Notes under the pieces: generated by a model | Database searches by the model: none | Told to the model about the DNA's origin: nothing | What the model saw: only the letters and a program-made list of their open reading frames with translations | Shown here: piece after piece, positions 1-46,411 of the stretch | Layout of the letters: every line of letters starts with the position of its first letter | How positions within the stretch are numbered: position 1 is the stretch's first letter | Translations under genes and position numbers: made by a program | Assembly (NCBI RefSeq): GCF_964204645.1 | Contig: NC_134029.1 | Span: 4,960,001 to 5,024,000 of the forward strand | Source: Tubulanus polymorphus | Lineage: Eukaryota; Animalia; Nemertea | Direction: 5' to 3' | DNA length: 64,000 nucleotides

Positions 1-204
1 AATGAAATATAAAAATTTAAAAGATCAAAACAGAAATTTGTTCTTCAAGAATTAAGACCAAAAGAAACATAATATTGGACTTTCTCACACCTGAAGGTCT
101 GAAAGGTTGTGTCTTAATTTTTGAATTCAATTCTTGTTAAGTAAATTTTGTTTTTTATCTATAAAATTTGTATAAAGTGGGTTTTGATATAATTAACTAT
201 GTAC

Positions 205-1616
205 CTGTTCTAATGAAACGTGTTTAACTAAACCACTGACAATCGTACGAGTTTTCTCTTCACCGACGTCGACAGTCTCGACGTACAGAGTGTCGGCATC
301 CGGATGTCTCTCCGCTTTCAATATCAATCCTACTTTGAAATTCAAACGAGATACGTCCACAGGTTTATCATCACTCGCTGCAGGTGGTGCTGGAAAATGA
401 ACGATTAAACACTTAGATTTGAAAAGGTAGGCCTAATTCACTGAAGTACCAGCACGCACACCAGATGGCGCAATATAATCAGTTTTACATAGCGAAATGA
501 ACGACATTAAATTTTCAATGAAATTATAACCGAATTTTTAGGCTCCTAAATGCAAATATGACCAGAGTCTTGAATGGATACAAAATTGGCCGTTCCCCCT
601 CAGTGTATGGTAAATATTTCACTGAAAATGTATCTATTGATGAGAGAAATTGATTCGATTTCAATTGAAATTTTGGCAGGAAAAAAGAGTAACCACTAAT
701 GAAGCTGACAGAATCCTTTCTTGCCACCAGAGTACCTTATTAACCAAACATTTTCTTAGGCAAATACCTAGAATAATTAACTATTACAGTAGACTTCACA
801 TTTAAGACACACCTAACTGAATGGAAACAATTCTCAAATAGATTTCAAACTCACGTTGCTTTTTAGGAGCTTTCTCTTTTTTCTTCTTGGCAGCTGGAGC
901 TGTCTGCTCAACTGGTGGAGAAGGTTCTTTCGTCGCTGGAGGCGTATCAGTTGAAATCGACGGTGTCGTGGTTGCTGCCGTCTTTGCAGGCAGTGGAATC
1001 TGTTTTACTGGAAAACATAAAGTAATAAATTTGGTCGACGAAAAAGAGTTTCGAGGAATATCAAGATTAAGCGCATCTTTCTTTAGCAGGGATTCGAATC
1101 TGATGGTATCAAGACTGCTAAATATGACATGATAACTAAAACTGCACGTGTACCTGCGCACTCATGCTTATCATCAGGCAGGGTTTCATGCGGTAGCAGT
1201 CCGTCTGGTAAAAGCATCAGGTATGAATCTCAGGGGACGCAGGAGGTATTATGCAGGGTTAACTGTTGGCCTACCTCCATTTCTAGTTTCGACGAAAACT
1301 AGTTTCTGAACTAATGATTCAACTTCCGACTTCAACTTCTCATTTTCAGCTTCCAGTTTCTTTTCTTCCTTTACACAAGCTTCTTTGACTGCAAAATAAG
1401 ATTTCAATTAAGTCATAAAACATGAACCAGAAACAAGCCGAACACCAGAAAGAAAAGAAAGGATTGCTCCGGTAGACTATTCTCGGAGCCTTCCATTGTT
1501 TGACACTCACTCGCAGATTCACGTATTGTCGCTAGTTGTGCTTTAAGTTTTTTAATAACTTGTTCAGCGGTTTCCGCGCGATCTTTTATTCGTTTCAACG
1601 ATTCTGCAGATGCCAT
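205..1616 (-). CDS. AIMP1: Aminoacyl-tRNA synthetase complex-interacting multifunctional protein 1 (p43/pro-EMAP II), 5' part; the gene continues beyond the left edge
   Basis: GT-AG exons 1616-1511, 1388-1275, 1007-855 and 389-205 join in frame: MASAESLKRIKDRAETAEQVIKKLKAQL...KEEKKLEAENEKLKSEVESLVQKLVFVETRNGVKQIPLP...KPVDVSRLNFKVGLILKAERHPDADTLYVETVDVGEEKTRTIVSGLVKHVSLEQ. This is an N-terminal coiled coil, a Lys-rich linker and the start of the EMAP II/tRNA-binding OB fold, recognised by similarity to vertebrate AIMP1. Confidence 0.93.
1075..1238. mobile_element. tRNA-like-TIR foldback element, internally deleted copy (AIMP1 intron)
   Basis: CAGGGATTCGAATCTGATGG...GGCAGGGTTTCATGC...GCATCAGGTATGAATC matches the copies at 28755, 31800, 38387 and 53051. 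Confidence 0.55.
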
Positions 1617-1968
1617 TCTAACCTAGAGTTGAGTCAACAAGAAGAATCTTAAGTACAAAACAGACTGACAGTTAATCATATGACTGCCGGGCTTATACTT
1701 TTTGCAAGCTTAAGGTAAAAGTAACAAGCATTGTAAATTGGAGTCAGTAACACTGTCCTTTCAACAAATCAATGGCTCCAAAAAAAACAAAGTTTAATTG
1801 AATTGACCGGTAAGGTAAGACGGGTAGGCCTAGTTGTAGTGATTTCATCATCTGAAAAATCAACTCAAATTCCCAAATGATTTTAACACATTACCCGGGT
1901 AAATAGTATCGTCTCGGGTAAACTTGACGTCTCACTAAGTCAATAAGGTTAACGATAGGCTTACTTAC

Positions 1969-2001
1969 TATTTTCGATAAGTTCCCCGTAAAGCTCCACA
2001 T
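1969..2001 (-). CDS. AIMP1: Candidate upstream AIMP1 exon giving an in-frame N-terminal extension MWSFTGNLSKI-VR
   Basis: ATG at 2001-1999, 33 nt open, then a GTAAGT donor at 1968. Splicing to the TAG acceptor at 1624-1623 adds GTT AGA in frame with the ATG at 1616. Confidence 0.5.
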
Positions 2002-2383
2002 CAAAATCACTGAACTACAACGCTTCAGGTCCGTTCCTCAGTCCGGGCCGTGACCTTACCATTCCATTACGACATCTAGAACTGAACTTGATCTTATATT
2101 TATTGCACCGTATATAACTGGTTCTGGTTTTTAAGACACGCTGTATATTGACAGAACAAAACATTGAAGAATGACATTTAATAAACGCCCAAGCGTTCAA
2201 TGATAAGCTTGGACTCGAACTCGACTTCAAGTCGAGGTGCGACGACATCCCCCGGAATTCGAAGCACTAGTGGTGAATGTTGCGCGTCTGACTGTCGTAA
2301 AATCCACTGCCGTATTTGAGTCGATATTTCCGGCTTTCAAAAATCCAGTTTTGTTCAGATTTTGCTGCACAAATTTCTGAGTG
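2002..2383. promoter_or_regulatory. Putative bidirectional promoter and 5' UTR region shared by AIMP1 and CWF19L2
   Basis: Divergent start codons: 2001 or 1616 on the minus strand and 2384 on the plus strand, under 0.8 kb apart. Confidence 0.6.
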
Positions 2384-5300
2384 ATGGCTGAAGCGATCGC
2401 GTTCGAGAGTAAATCTGAAAAGTTAAAACAGCGCCAGTTCATCAGAGAACAACGAGAAAAATGTCTGACAAAGGTTTGATCACGATTGATAGAACACTAT
2501 ATCCGTGTTGACGCGATGTAGAGAGAATCCCACAAATATAACGAAAAAGTCCGAAAATGAAACTTCGAGATAGTAGTTTATTTCATCGCTGTGGCTACTA
2601 GTACGGACCCGTACGGATTACTCTGGAGGCTATTCGTTTGGGACTAGGATCTGTACGCTAATAACTGTCGCTGATTGGCCGATTAACGCCGCGCATGCGT
2701 ACAGAGGTGCACGACTTAGAAAATTCAAGGAAAGTGTGGAGAATAGAGTTAGAGAAAAATAGCGGATAGAGCGAGACTCGAACACGAGCCAGTAAATTAC
2801 TAGCGCAGCATCATGCCACTAGACCACCGAGCTCGCTGACAGTCGGTCGAATGTTTTAACTACATATAGCCTAGCCTCACCTTACCCTAACCCTATCCCT
2901 TCCCGTACACATAATTCCAGAGTTATCCGACGGGTGCGTACGAATACGGAATTATTCGTACAGGTCCGTACGAGTAGCCACTTCGTTATTTCAACGTTTC
3001 GACTATATCATAATAGTCATCTTCAGGAATAATGTTCATTATTCCTGAAGATGACTATTAGGATATAGTCGAAACGTTGAAATAAACTACTATCTCGAAG
3101 TTTCATTTTCGGACTTTTTCGTTATAATTGTGGGATTCACTCTAAAAAGGTTTGATCCTTGTAACCTTAGAATTCTGGAATAAATGTCGAGTCAAACACA
3201 AATTGAAATTGTTGCCTTTCCCTTTCTTTAGTTTTTGCCTTGTTTGGACTTCGATCCGATATAGATTTTAGGTACCGGATAAATCTCATTTTAAATGTCA
3301 AAAACCAATAGAACTAGAACTATGATGGACTAACGGCAACGACATAGGCCTAGCAGTTACCCTTATCCTTGACTTGAGGCTGAGTAACTCGTGCTACGCC
3401 TACATAACGTATAGGCCTTTAGAGTGGGAATGTGAGCAAAACTGTTTAAACTGGCATTCACTGATTCAGCCATTCCGTCCGATTTTTAGGCAAAGAAAGA
3501 TTATGATCGTAAACAAAGGGATGAAGAGCAAAGGAAATTACGTGGTGAAGACAACTGGATGCTTCCATCTGTCAGTCAACGAATTTCAGTAAGATGGGAT
3601 CGATTATCTTCAAACAGCTACGAAGACAGCTTAGTCAACTTGTCGTCATGATCTCTTAATTGAATCTTATTACAGGAGGAATCAATGTCGTGCAAGAAGC
3701 ACAAAAAGCACAAGAAAGAAAAGAAGCACAAGAAAAAGAAGAAAAAGAAAGATTCTGTAAGTTCAGAAATCATTCATGATGAATGACGAAAGATTCTTGC
3801 CTAGTTTGATAATTATGATTTATTATCAATAGGATTCAGAATCAGATGATGAACCTCAGTGGGTCGAGAAAGATCAGACAATTCAGCAGAAACATGAAGA
3901 ATCTGTGCCACCAATTAAAGGTCCTCAGTTACAGGTGGGTGAAACAGAGGCTTGTCAGTGGGCTGTGAAATAAGCTTACCTGGAGCAATTGTTAGTTGAA
4001 ATTCGACCCAAGTGTTGAGATATCGCAAATGAAGTAATTTCAACTTTTAAGAGTCGAACCTAACCCAATAGCACTCTCAGGAATTTCACTATAAAGTGTC
4101 TATTACTCCCACATCTAAAATTCCACATTTAAAACAATACTAAGTATGTCATTGATTAGAAGTTGTTTGTGAACACACTTGGCTTTTATATGATATAAGA
4201 TTTGATGAATTGGGCCCCAAAATCAAGACCTTTTGCCCCCCCCCCCTCAAATTCATTCCATACTTACTCGGATATAAACGAGCATTCGGATCTGTCGTGT
4301 TCTTACTATAAATGCTCGAGAATACCAAATAGGAAAATGTTGATTTTTTGGAATTGGGTGTATAGTTTATCTAAGCAAATGGGTTTGAATACCACCGAGT
4401 AGCAGGTGAAAAAAGAGTCAGGGCAGATGTGGGCAGCTTGAGGGTAAATAGGTTAACTGGCAAGGACCAAGTCTTGTGGTTAAGTAATAGCAGCAAGAAA
4501 AATGGAATTTGCTACAGAATATAGAATATTTAATGATTGTTTGTAGAGAGATGATTGGATGGCTGCACCTATGGATTTAATTCCCACCGTATCTAGAGAT
4601 GAACTTCGCAGACGCATCAAAGAGGATAAAAAAGAAAAAGAGCCTGTTTTCGATGAGGTAAAGATGTAAAGATGATATTGGACTGGTTTGAGAAAGAGTT
4701 ACAAAAGGGAACCTCCAGTCGATGATTCCATAGATCCACCAGGTTTACTAATGGTTACTCAGTGTTCGGAAAATATACAACGTTAAATATGCTTTTTTTT
4801 CTGGCTGATAGATCGGGCAGCACGAACGAGAGTTAAACCCGTATTGGAAAGGTGGTGGTACCGGATTACCCGAGGAAGAGAAAAAAGCGGAAAAAGATAA
4901 ACCGATGAGTAATCAGTTCGGAGACGGGGGAGCAACGTGGCTGAAGAAAGCGTATCAGAGATGCGTTGAACAGGCGAAAGAAGAGGGACGAACTTTAGAA
5001 AGCATCGCGGCAGAAAGATATGGGGTTAGTATAATGATATGATTAACAAGAAAGTTTGAAAAAAGACTATAAATTCACTCAGGGTCTGTAGCAGCCGGAC
5101 TATGGGAAGGTCAGCACTTTGAATCAAAAGACAAGTTGCCAGAATTTTTCAATGATTAAGCCATAAAATTAGGAAAAAAGCATTTGAAATCAATTTTGAA
5201 ATTTACCACAAAATTTGTCAATTTAGAAATGTGCTGTGATGATATAAAATCCAAAAGTAAGAACTTTTCAGAATTGATAAGTAAGCACTAATTTCAGGGC

Positions 5301-8300
5301 CTCCTTTCCTGACTGAAGCGCTTTAATGAATTTTGTCAGACTTGCTACGAAACCTGTAAGATTTGATCAATCTCTCATTATCAACTCTTTCAGTCTTTGG
5401 AAAAACTGGAAGCTCTGATTGCGCAAAGCGAAGAGACGCAATCTTCAAACCGTCGACGCGTAGACAGACGGAAATCGAGGTCAAGGTCGCAAGAAAGACG
5501 ACCGCGCAGCCGATCGAGGGATCGACATCGCGAGGGAGGTTCGCGAGAAAAATCTCATAAACATTCTCGAAACAATTCCGGCAGCAGCGACGACAGTAGT
5601 CTGGATCGTCGGAATAAACGTTCGCGGCGGAGTCCGGAAAAAAGTCCCGATAATTCACAAAGGGGACAACGTTCGCGCAGTCCGTATTCGAAACGGGTGA
5701 CGTCGAGTTCGCGATTTATGAAACCGGATGTCTCCGACGATCGAACATCGTCGAGTCGTGGTAAATCTAGATTCATGAGACCGGGTGAAATGTCCGATAG
5801 AACTCGATCGCGGAGCGACAACGTGAATCATCAGTCGTCGTGGAGGAAGGCTGGGTACGAGAAACCCGCGTCGCCTTCTACTAGTTCTAGTCATTCATCC
5901 GTAAAACAAGATTCCAAACGAGAAAAGCAAGCTGAATCTGCAAACAAAATTCAGAAATCGACGAATAGCAGCTCAGATTCTTCAGAAGGTTTGTCGGTTT
6001 CCATCAATCACGGTCTAGTTTCATGTATAAGAAACACTATGAATGTTGTAATGAGTAACTACTGAGTAGCTACTGTGGCAATCGAGGAAGCATTCTAAAT
6101 GATATCTTTTCACTCCAAATTTCAGATTCGAGCGATTCTGAAGTTGAAGAAAAGAGGAGTTCTCCCCCGCCGAAAATACTCGGCGAACAAGAAATGAACG
6201 CAATAGGTGCTAAAATAATCAAACTCGAGCTCATGGGGCAACAGGTAGGCCTGTAGATAAGCCTTGTGAGTTGTTATTGTAGAATTAATGAGTAATTTGA
6301 TAAGTGAAAGAAAATCATTTTGTAATTCAGGACATGGCCGATAAACTGAAAAGTCAACTGGACCTAGCTCGTCAGTTAAAGACAAATGTGGCATCATCAT
6401 CTTCACAGCAGACATCTAGAGTGAGATCTGAGAAAGAAGAGGCTTCAGATGATAATGTTGCTGTTTTAATGCGTTCAGATCGTTCGGGGAATGTTCGCCC
6501 TCTTCCATCAAGAGACACGCCTCAAGAACCGAAGGGTGGTCGCCGGAAAAAACAAAAAGTAAGAAAATGGAGGCGAACAAGTACCCAGTTGCTGGTTCAG
6601 ACCCCGACCAATCGCTTGCCGGTTCAGGCTGGTTGGAAGATTGTTGAAATGAACGGCAAACGAAATTTCCAATTATGTATGTTGCAATTTTATAAGAAGC
6701 TGGATCACAGTTAAAAAATTTAACAAAGAACTTGAGGGCATCAGAAAATTGTTTAAAACTGAGGTTCTGATATACTATTAGATAATACTGCTCTCATTTT
6801 GAAGGTCGCTACACACGATGTCGAAGGTGACAGGGAAAGATATTTTGCCGATGATGATAATTACGACCTCAAACAGTTAGTAAGTATTCATCTCATCTGA
6901 TTACCGATGTTTCCTAAAGTCTTGAGTAAGTAATAAGAATGAAATCATTCCTTTATTTCAGGTTGAAAGGGAGAGACTCGGTACTGCTGAAGATTCGAAT
7001 CTTATGTTCGCAAGACTGGCTGGAAAGGTAACTAAACTTTGACATAATCTCGACTGGAAATCATGAATTTCATCAGTTGATTTATGAAGAATATTTGTGT
7101 TTATAGTCGATCGAACGGACCGATGACGATCATCAGATCGACGATGTGTTCATGCAGAGAGCGAATAAGAAAGAATCAAAATCGAAGGAATATGATCGAC
7201 AACGAACTGCTGCCATCGGAGGTACGCCTTCATATTTACTTCAGCGTTCATATTCATTGATCGCTCCTTGAATCTGAGAAATGACGTCTCAGATTCTGAA
7301 ATGGTACACCGGTAATACAGTAAACCTTATCTAACTTTATGACTAACCTTAAGTTAAGGATAGGATATTATGCTAGGAAGGTATGATACAATACAGTAAA
7401 CCTGACCTGATTTGAACAAACTGGGACTGGCAAAATTGGAACGAGGTTATCTAAGTCTGAGTTAAGGATAAGAAATTATAAAAGGATTTAATTTTTGTCA
7501 AGAGTTAATCTGGTCCAAGAAAGGCAAGGTTTACTGTAGTATGTTTCTGTACAGATTTTGTTCTTTGTCTAATACAATCAATTTGTCTCACATTTCAAGA
7601 ACACAAACTGATGAGCGATGCATTATCGAAGTGTCAACTTTGCCTGGAAAAATATCCGAAGCATTTGATTATTGCTATCGGAATAAAGGTAAGGACGAGT
7701 AGGCATCATAGGTTAGGACGTGCTGACATCTAGCTTTCGTTCTGCGAATTAATGTCATAGTAGTTGATTAATGTACTGATCTAAGTGAATTAAACACTGT
7801 TCTACCATCTTCTCTTGTTTTATCTTCCAGACGTTTTTATGTCTTCCGAACTATCGTCAACTAAATGAAGGACATTGTCTCATCGTACCTATACAACATA
7901 TCGCAGCATCTACGGTTGTTGATGAGGATGTGTGGACGGAAATGAAGGTGAATAATATACACACACGTACAGCAGGATGAATGAAAGTTCCTCCAACTTT
8001 TTAGAGGGGGCTTTAGGGATTTAATTATCATAGGGTTTCATTATTCAATATCATACCTGCGTGACTATCTTAAATAACAATACATAAACTACAATTCGTG
8101 ACCTACAAAGCCACCCCGAGCTCATGATATACTCTGATGGGGTAAGTGCATCCAATTATTATGCAGTGTGTACATTATTGAACCGTTGAAAAGATATCGC
8201 GATACTCGAAATAAATTATAATGTATTGAAAGTGGCACTTACTCGTCGGGTATTGAAGCAATGCCAGATGGTTGGTGTCATTTACAACTCTTTTTTTTTT

Positions 8301-9540
8301 CATTATGAAATGTAAGGTTGAAAATACATATGCACGTACAAGCAAAAACTATAAATTGTGCAGCGTGTTTTTTTTTTCTTCCAAAGTTTCAATCGATAAT
8401 AACGATCAAATATAGAAAAACAAGACAATTATCTTGGAAATTCAAATATGAATACAGCCAAAGTTACAGCGAAAGTCGTCATAGTCGACACAATCATTAT
8501 GTTACTTAATGGACTTAATCATTATGGACTTAATTAGATTGCTTACGGAACTAAATTGGGACTATGAATAAATTAGAGATGACTTAGGTAGTTGGCTGTA
8601 GTTTCGATTCTGAATTGTATATACCAGTATCTCTATAATCCTACAGGTATTCCGCAAAGGTTTAACGAAAATGTTCGCGGATCGCGAAGAAGACATCGTA
8701 TTCATGGAGACAAGCATGCATCTGAAGTACCAGCCGCACATGTGCGTCGAGTGCATACCTTTATCTAAGGAACTAGGAGATATGGCACCGATTTATTTCA
8801 AGGTTTGTCGAGACTATTCTAGGGTAATGGGGTGGAACCTAATTCATGATGATTCGTTTTCTGGTGCATTCTGTGTACATTTTGCTAAAAACCATAAGAT
8901 TATATTGACGAAATTTGTGTCGTATTGTTGAGCAATGTATCTTAACACTGATATGATATTTGACTATGTTTTTGAAAGTTTGGTCGGTTGAAAAATTGGG
9001 TGCCCCACTGTAGATCCACCGCTGGTGATTGTGAATTTTGTCTTGCAGAAAGCAATTATGGAAACTGGTAGCGAATGGGCCCAAAACAAGAAGGTCGTTG
9101 ATCTCAGTCAGAAGGATATAAGACATGCGGTATGTTAGTGGTAAAAAATAATTGTATATGCGTTCAATATTGATGACAATATTAGTGAATTGCCAAGTAA
9201 ATTTTCGTCTAGGTTCCAAAAGGATTTCCGTACTTCAGCGTTGATTTCGGTTTACAAGGAGGCTACGCGCACGTCATCGAAGATGAGAAAGAATTCCCGA
9301 GATATTTTGGAAAGGTAAGCGTCGGAATCAGTCACCAATCACCCTCGGGAATGTGAATTATATATTGCATCTCTGATTTCTCTTTCGCAGGAAATCATCG
9401 GAGGAATGCTCGACGTCGAACCGCGTCTTTGGAGGAAACAACAGAAAGAAAGTTTCGACCAACAAAGGAAAAATGTGCTGCAGTTCGCGGAATGGTGGAA
9501 ACCGTACGATTGGACGTTAAGACTGAAAGAAGACGACTAA
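2384..9540 (+). CDS. CWF19L2: CWF19-like protein 2 (spliceosome/intron-lariat complex factor with C-terminal CwfJ domains), 18 exons, about 862 aa
   Basis: GT-AG exons 2384-2473, 3490-3588, 3676-3756, 3833-3934, 4547-4657, 4812-5024, 5394-5988, 6126-6244, 6331-6558, 6805-6879, 6962-7027, 7107-7221, 7600-7688, 7831-7947, 8647-8802, 9049-9129, 9213-9314, 9391-9540 sum to 2589 nt with a continuous frame. Recognised motifs: [40 protein letters not shown]...[70 protein letters not shown]. Confidence 0.96.
2586..2985. mobile_element. 400-bp MITE nested in the Penelope palindrome, with an internal tRNA-like segment
   Basis: TIRs GTGGCTACTAGTACGGACC...GGTCCGTACGAGTAGCCAC. TSD TTATTTCA at 2578-2585 and 2986-2993; the opposite palindrome arm shows the empty site. 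A minus-strand tRNA-like unit at about 2762-2837 has an A box (GGTCTAGTGG) and a B box (GTTCGAGTC), and there is a CCCTAACCCTA motif. Confidence 0.8.
3039..3085 (+). ncRNA. Minimal type I hammerhead ribozyme motif, with a mirror copy on the minus strand at 2986-3032
   Basis: TTATTC-CTGAAGA-T-GACTAT(taggat)ATAGTC-GAAAC-GTT-GAAATAA: CUGANGA and GAAA boxes, a 6-bp stem II, palindromic AACGTT in place of stem III, a GUU cleavage triplet and stem I pairing. Confidence 0.7.
7318..7536. mobile_element. Tc1/mariner-type MITE remnant
   Basis: TA-CAGTAAACCTT...AAGGTTTACTG-TA termini. Confidence 0.6.
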
Positions 9541-9577
9541 TTGATGGTTGATTTTGATTTGTAACTTCGCTTTGTTA

Positions 9578-9583
9578 AATAAA
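9578..9583 (+). terminator. CWF19L2 polyadenylation signal
   Basis: AATAAA about 40 nt after the TAA stop. Confidence 0.6.
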
Positions 9584-9646
9584 AGTTTATTGAAATTACA
9601 GTAAAACTCGCTTGATTCTAATTTTCATCTTATGGGTCCGTTTATA

Positions 9647-9814
9647 CAGTGGAACCTCGTTACAACAAACTTCACGGAACCAGAACATATGTTCGTTATA
9701 ACTGATAGTTCTTTATGTCTAGTGTGAAGTTACTTAAATTTTCTTACTTGGGATGAAATTCTATATTTGTTATATTCGATGAATTGTCTCCGAGTTCGTT
9801 ATAAGGTTCCACTG
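9647..9814. mobile_element. Tigger/pogo-like MITE
   Basis: TA-CAGTGGAACCT...AGGTTCCACTG-TA terminal inverted repeats with a TA TSD. Confidence 0.75.
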
Positions 9815-10431
9815 TACATGAATCCATGTAAAATGTGATGTTTAAACCGGACGAATTGCATTTGTACCAATTGGATCACTTTCCGCAGCTGCTGATGCCA
9901 TATTTGAATTGACCCAAGTCACTGGTTCATTCGGTCATCACAGGAACAACATGTGGCGTGACATTTCCGTCGTACAATCGAATTCAGTTAAATTATCACT
10001 ACTTAAGGAGTTTATCTTCAATCGCCTAAAAAATTCAATAGACGTTGAAGACTGCATGTTTTGGGGTAGACTAGCTTGAAAGCAGCTATGAATGGGTCTC
10101 TTAAGACACGAATACCTAAAGCAATATCCTCATTTAATGTGCCTCATTCAGAATTTGTTCTGGTTCAGTCAGGATTAGGGACTGTGTCTCTACCAACTTG
10201 TGGCTATTCTCCGCTACTATACTGTTCATGAATTGTATACTGTGTTTATATTTATTCAGGGCTCCATATCCCTGTATATTTGAATAAAGACAGTTCTTGG
10301 TACGAGTACATGGAACTAACAATTCATAAAGACTTGTTGATGAAACCCATCTATCATCCGACAATGCAACATACAACTCATCCTCAAAGTACAAAGTAAC
10401 AAATTTTTTATATACAGATAGTTACATTTCA

Positions 10432-10437
10432 TTTATT
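10432..10437 (-). terminator. Candidate groucho polyadenylation signal (3' UTR about 1.25 kb, 11684 to ~10420)
   Basis: AATAAA on the minus strand at the end of an AT-rich, UTR-like stretch. An alternative lies at 10251-10256. Confidence 0.45.
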
Positions 10438-11684
10438 TTAAATTTTCTTTTACAATTTCTGTTTTTTAACAAGAAAAGAAATCAAGCGTGTATAATAGAT
10501 ATCGTATATATTGTTTACTTGATTCGTCGAGGTCCGTTTCGTGTCATATAATATACCGTTTACTCAATGAGATTTATCGGTACTCGAATTTACTATTTAT
10601 CTTAAAAAATAAAATGTACCCATCGTAGAACAAGTACAGGAATGCCATCAAAGGAGCTCGATTTCATTTACAATTAATCATATTTGTTCCCTTGTTTTCT
10701 TATCTAAAACGGAACCGATACGAATTTTCCCGCAACACACGCACGTGAAGGGTCAGTATTTACGAACTCGAAACCGTAAAATCATCACCAAAGTTCTCCC
10801 GAGTTTGACACAGGAATATGGGGGGGATACAAAGGTTTATGTTATTATGCTACAAAATCCAGTGTCACTTTAATAATGCATTATTTGTATCTACATTAGC
10901 TACCACAATAAGACGAGTCAATGTCATCATCATTTTTATTATACATCTCGCGTTTGCTTTACTTTTATATATCATCAGTTAACTCGCACGAAGCACACCA
11001 CACACATCCACCCCCCCCCCCCCCGAACACAAGATATGAAACAACGATGCAATCGTCTACGAGTGAGAGTTTATTCAACATCATTCGTGTGTGCATTCGA
11101 GTCGTTTAATTTTTTTTTATACAAACATTTTACATTCACAGCTAACAATCTAAGAATTGAGTTCGTTTTAAAAACAACCTTTTTTTATACACAATACACG
11201 CGGCATATTTACTGCCATTATCTTCCACGCATAGATCCACCGCTAATAGTGTTAATGATAATATAAATCCGGCAGTTTCAGTCGGGTTAAATCCGTCGAC
11301 TGCTTCTAAAAATAGCGAAGGTCTACGCGCGAGTTCGCCGTCATTTTCAAATATATCCATCATATCTGTCAAATACATCGATGCACCCTGAACCCCGCGT
11401 AACGGCGAAGGAGGGTACGAAACAAATCAACTTCTTGTATTCGCATCGTTCATACTTTTCTTCGGCCCGGAGAAAGTTTGTGTCGACGTTTCACGTGAAT
11501 TCGGAATGGACTCTAACCCATCGTCGTCTAGAGACTCGCGGCAGTAAAAAAGCGTGCAGAACGTAGTATATCGTGTATTTTTTTCGGAAGAGCCCATCAT
11601 TCGTTCAGTCGTTCACGGATATATTCTTGCACCGCGCCCGAATATTGGCACCGAACGTTTTTGTTGTTTTTTTTTCGAACGCGC

Positions 11685-46411
<34,727 letters not shown>

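Larger units (their letters stand above)
2482..3145. mobile_element. Penelope-like palindromic (inverted pLTR) insertion with hammerhead cores, in CWF19L2 intron 1
   Basis: Arms 2519-2585 plus 2986-3034 are the near-perfect reverse complement of 3037-3144. The block is flanked by the 12-bp direct repeat AAAGGTTTGATC (2470-2481 and 3146-3157). Confidence 0.75.

Noticed and set aside
2762-2837. Functional tRNA gene
   Set aside because: A and B boxes are present, but acceptor and anticodon stems pair poorly and it lies inside a MITE; treated as tRNA-derived.
5323-5894. Antisense ORFs over CWF19L2 exon 7
   Set aside because: Shadows of the Arg/Ser-rich, GC-rich coding exon on the plus strand.
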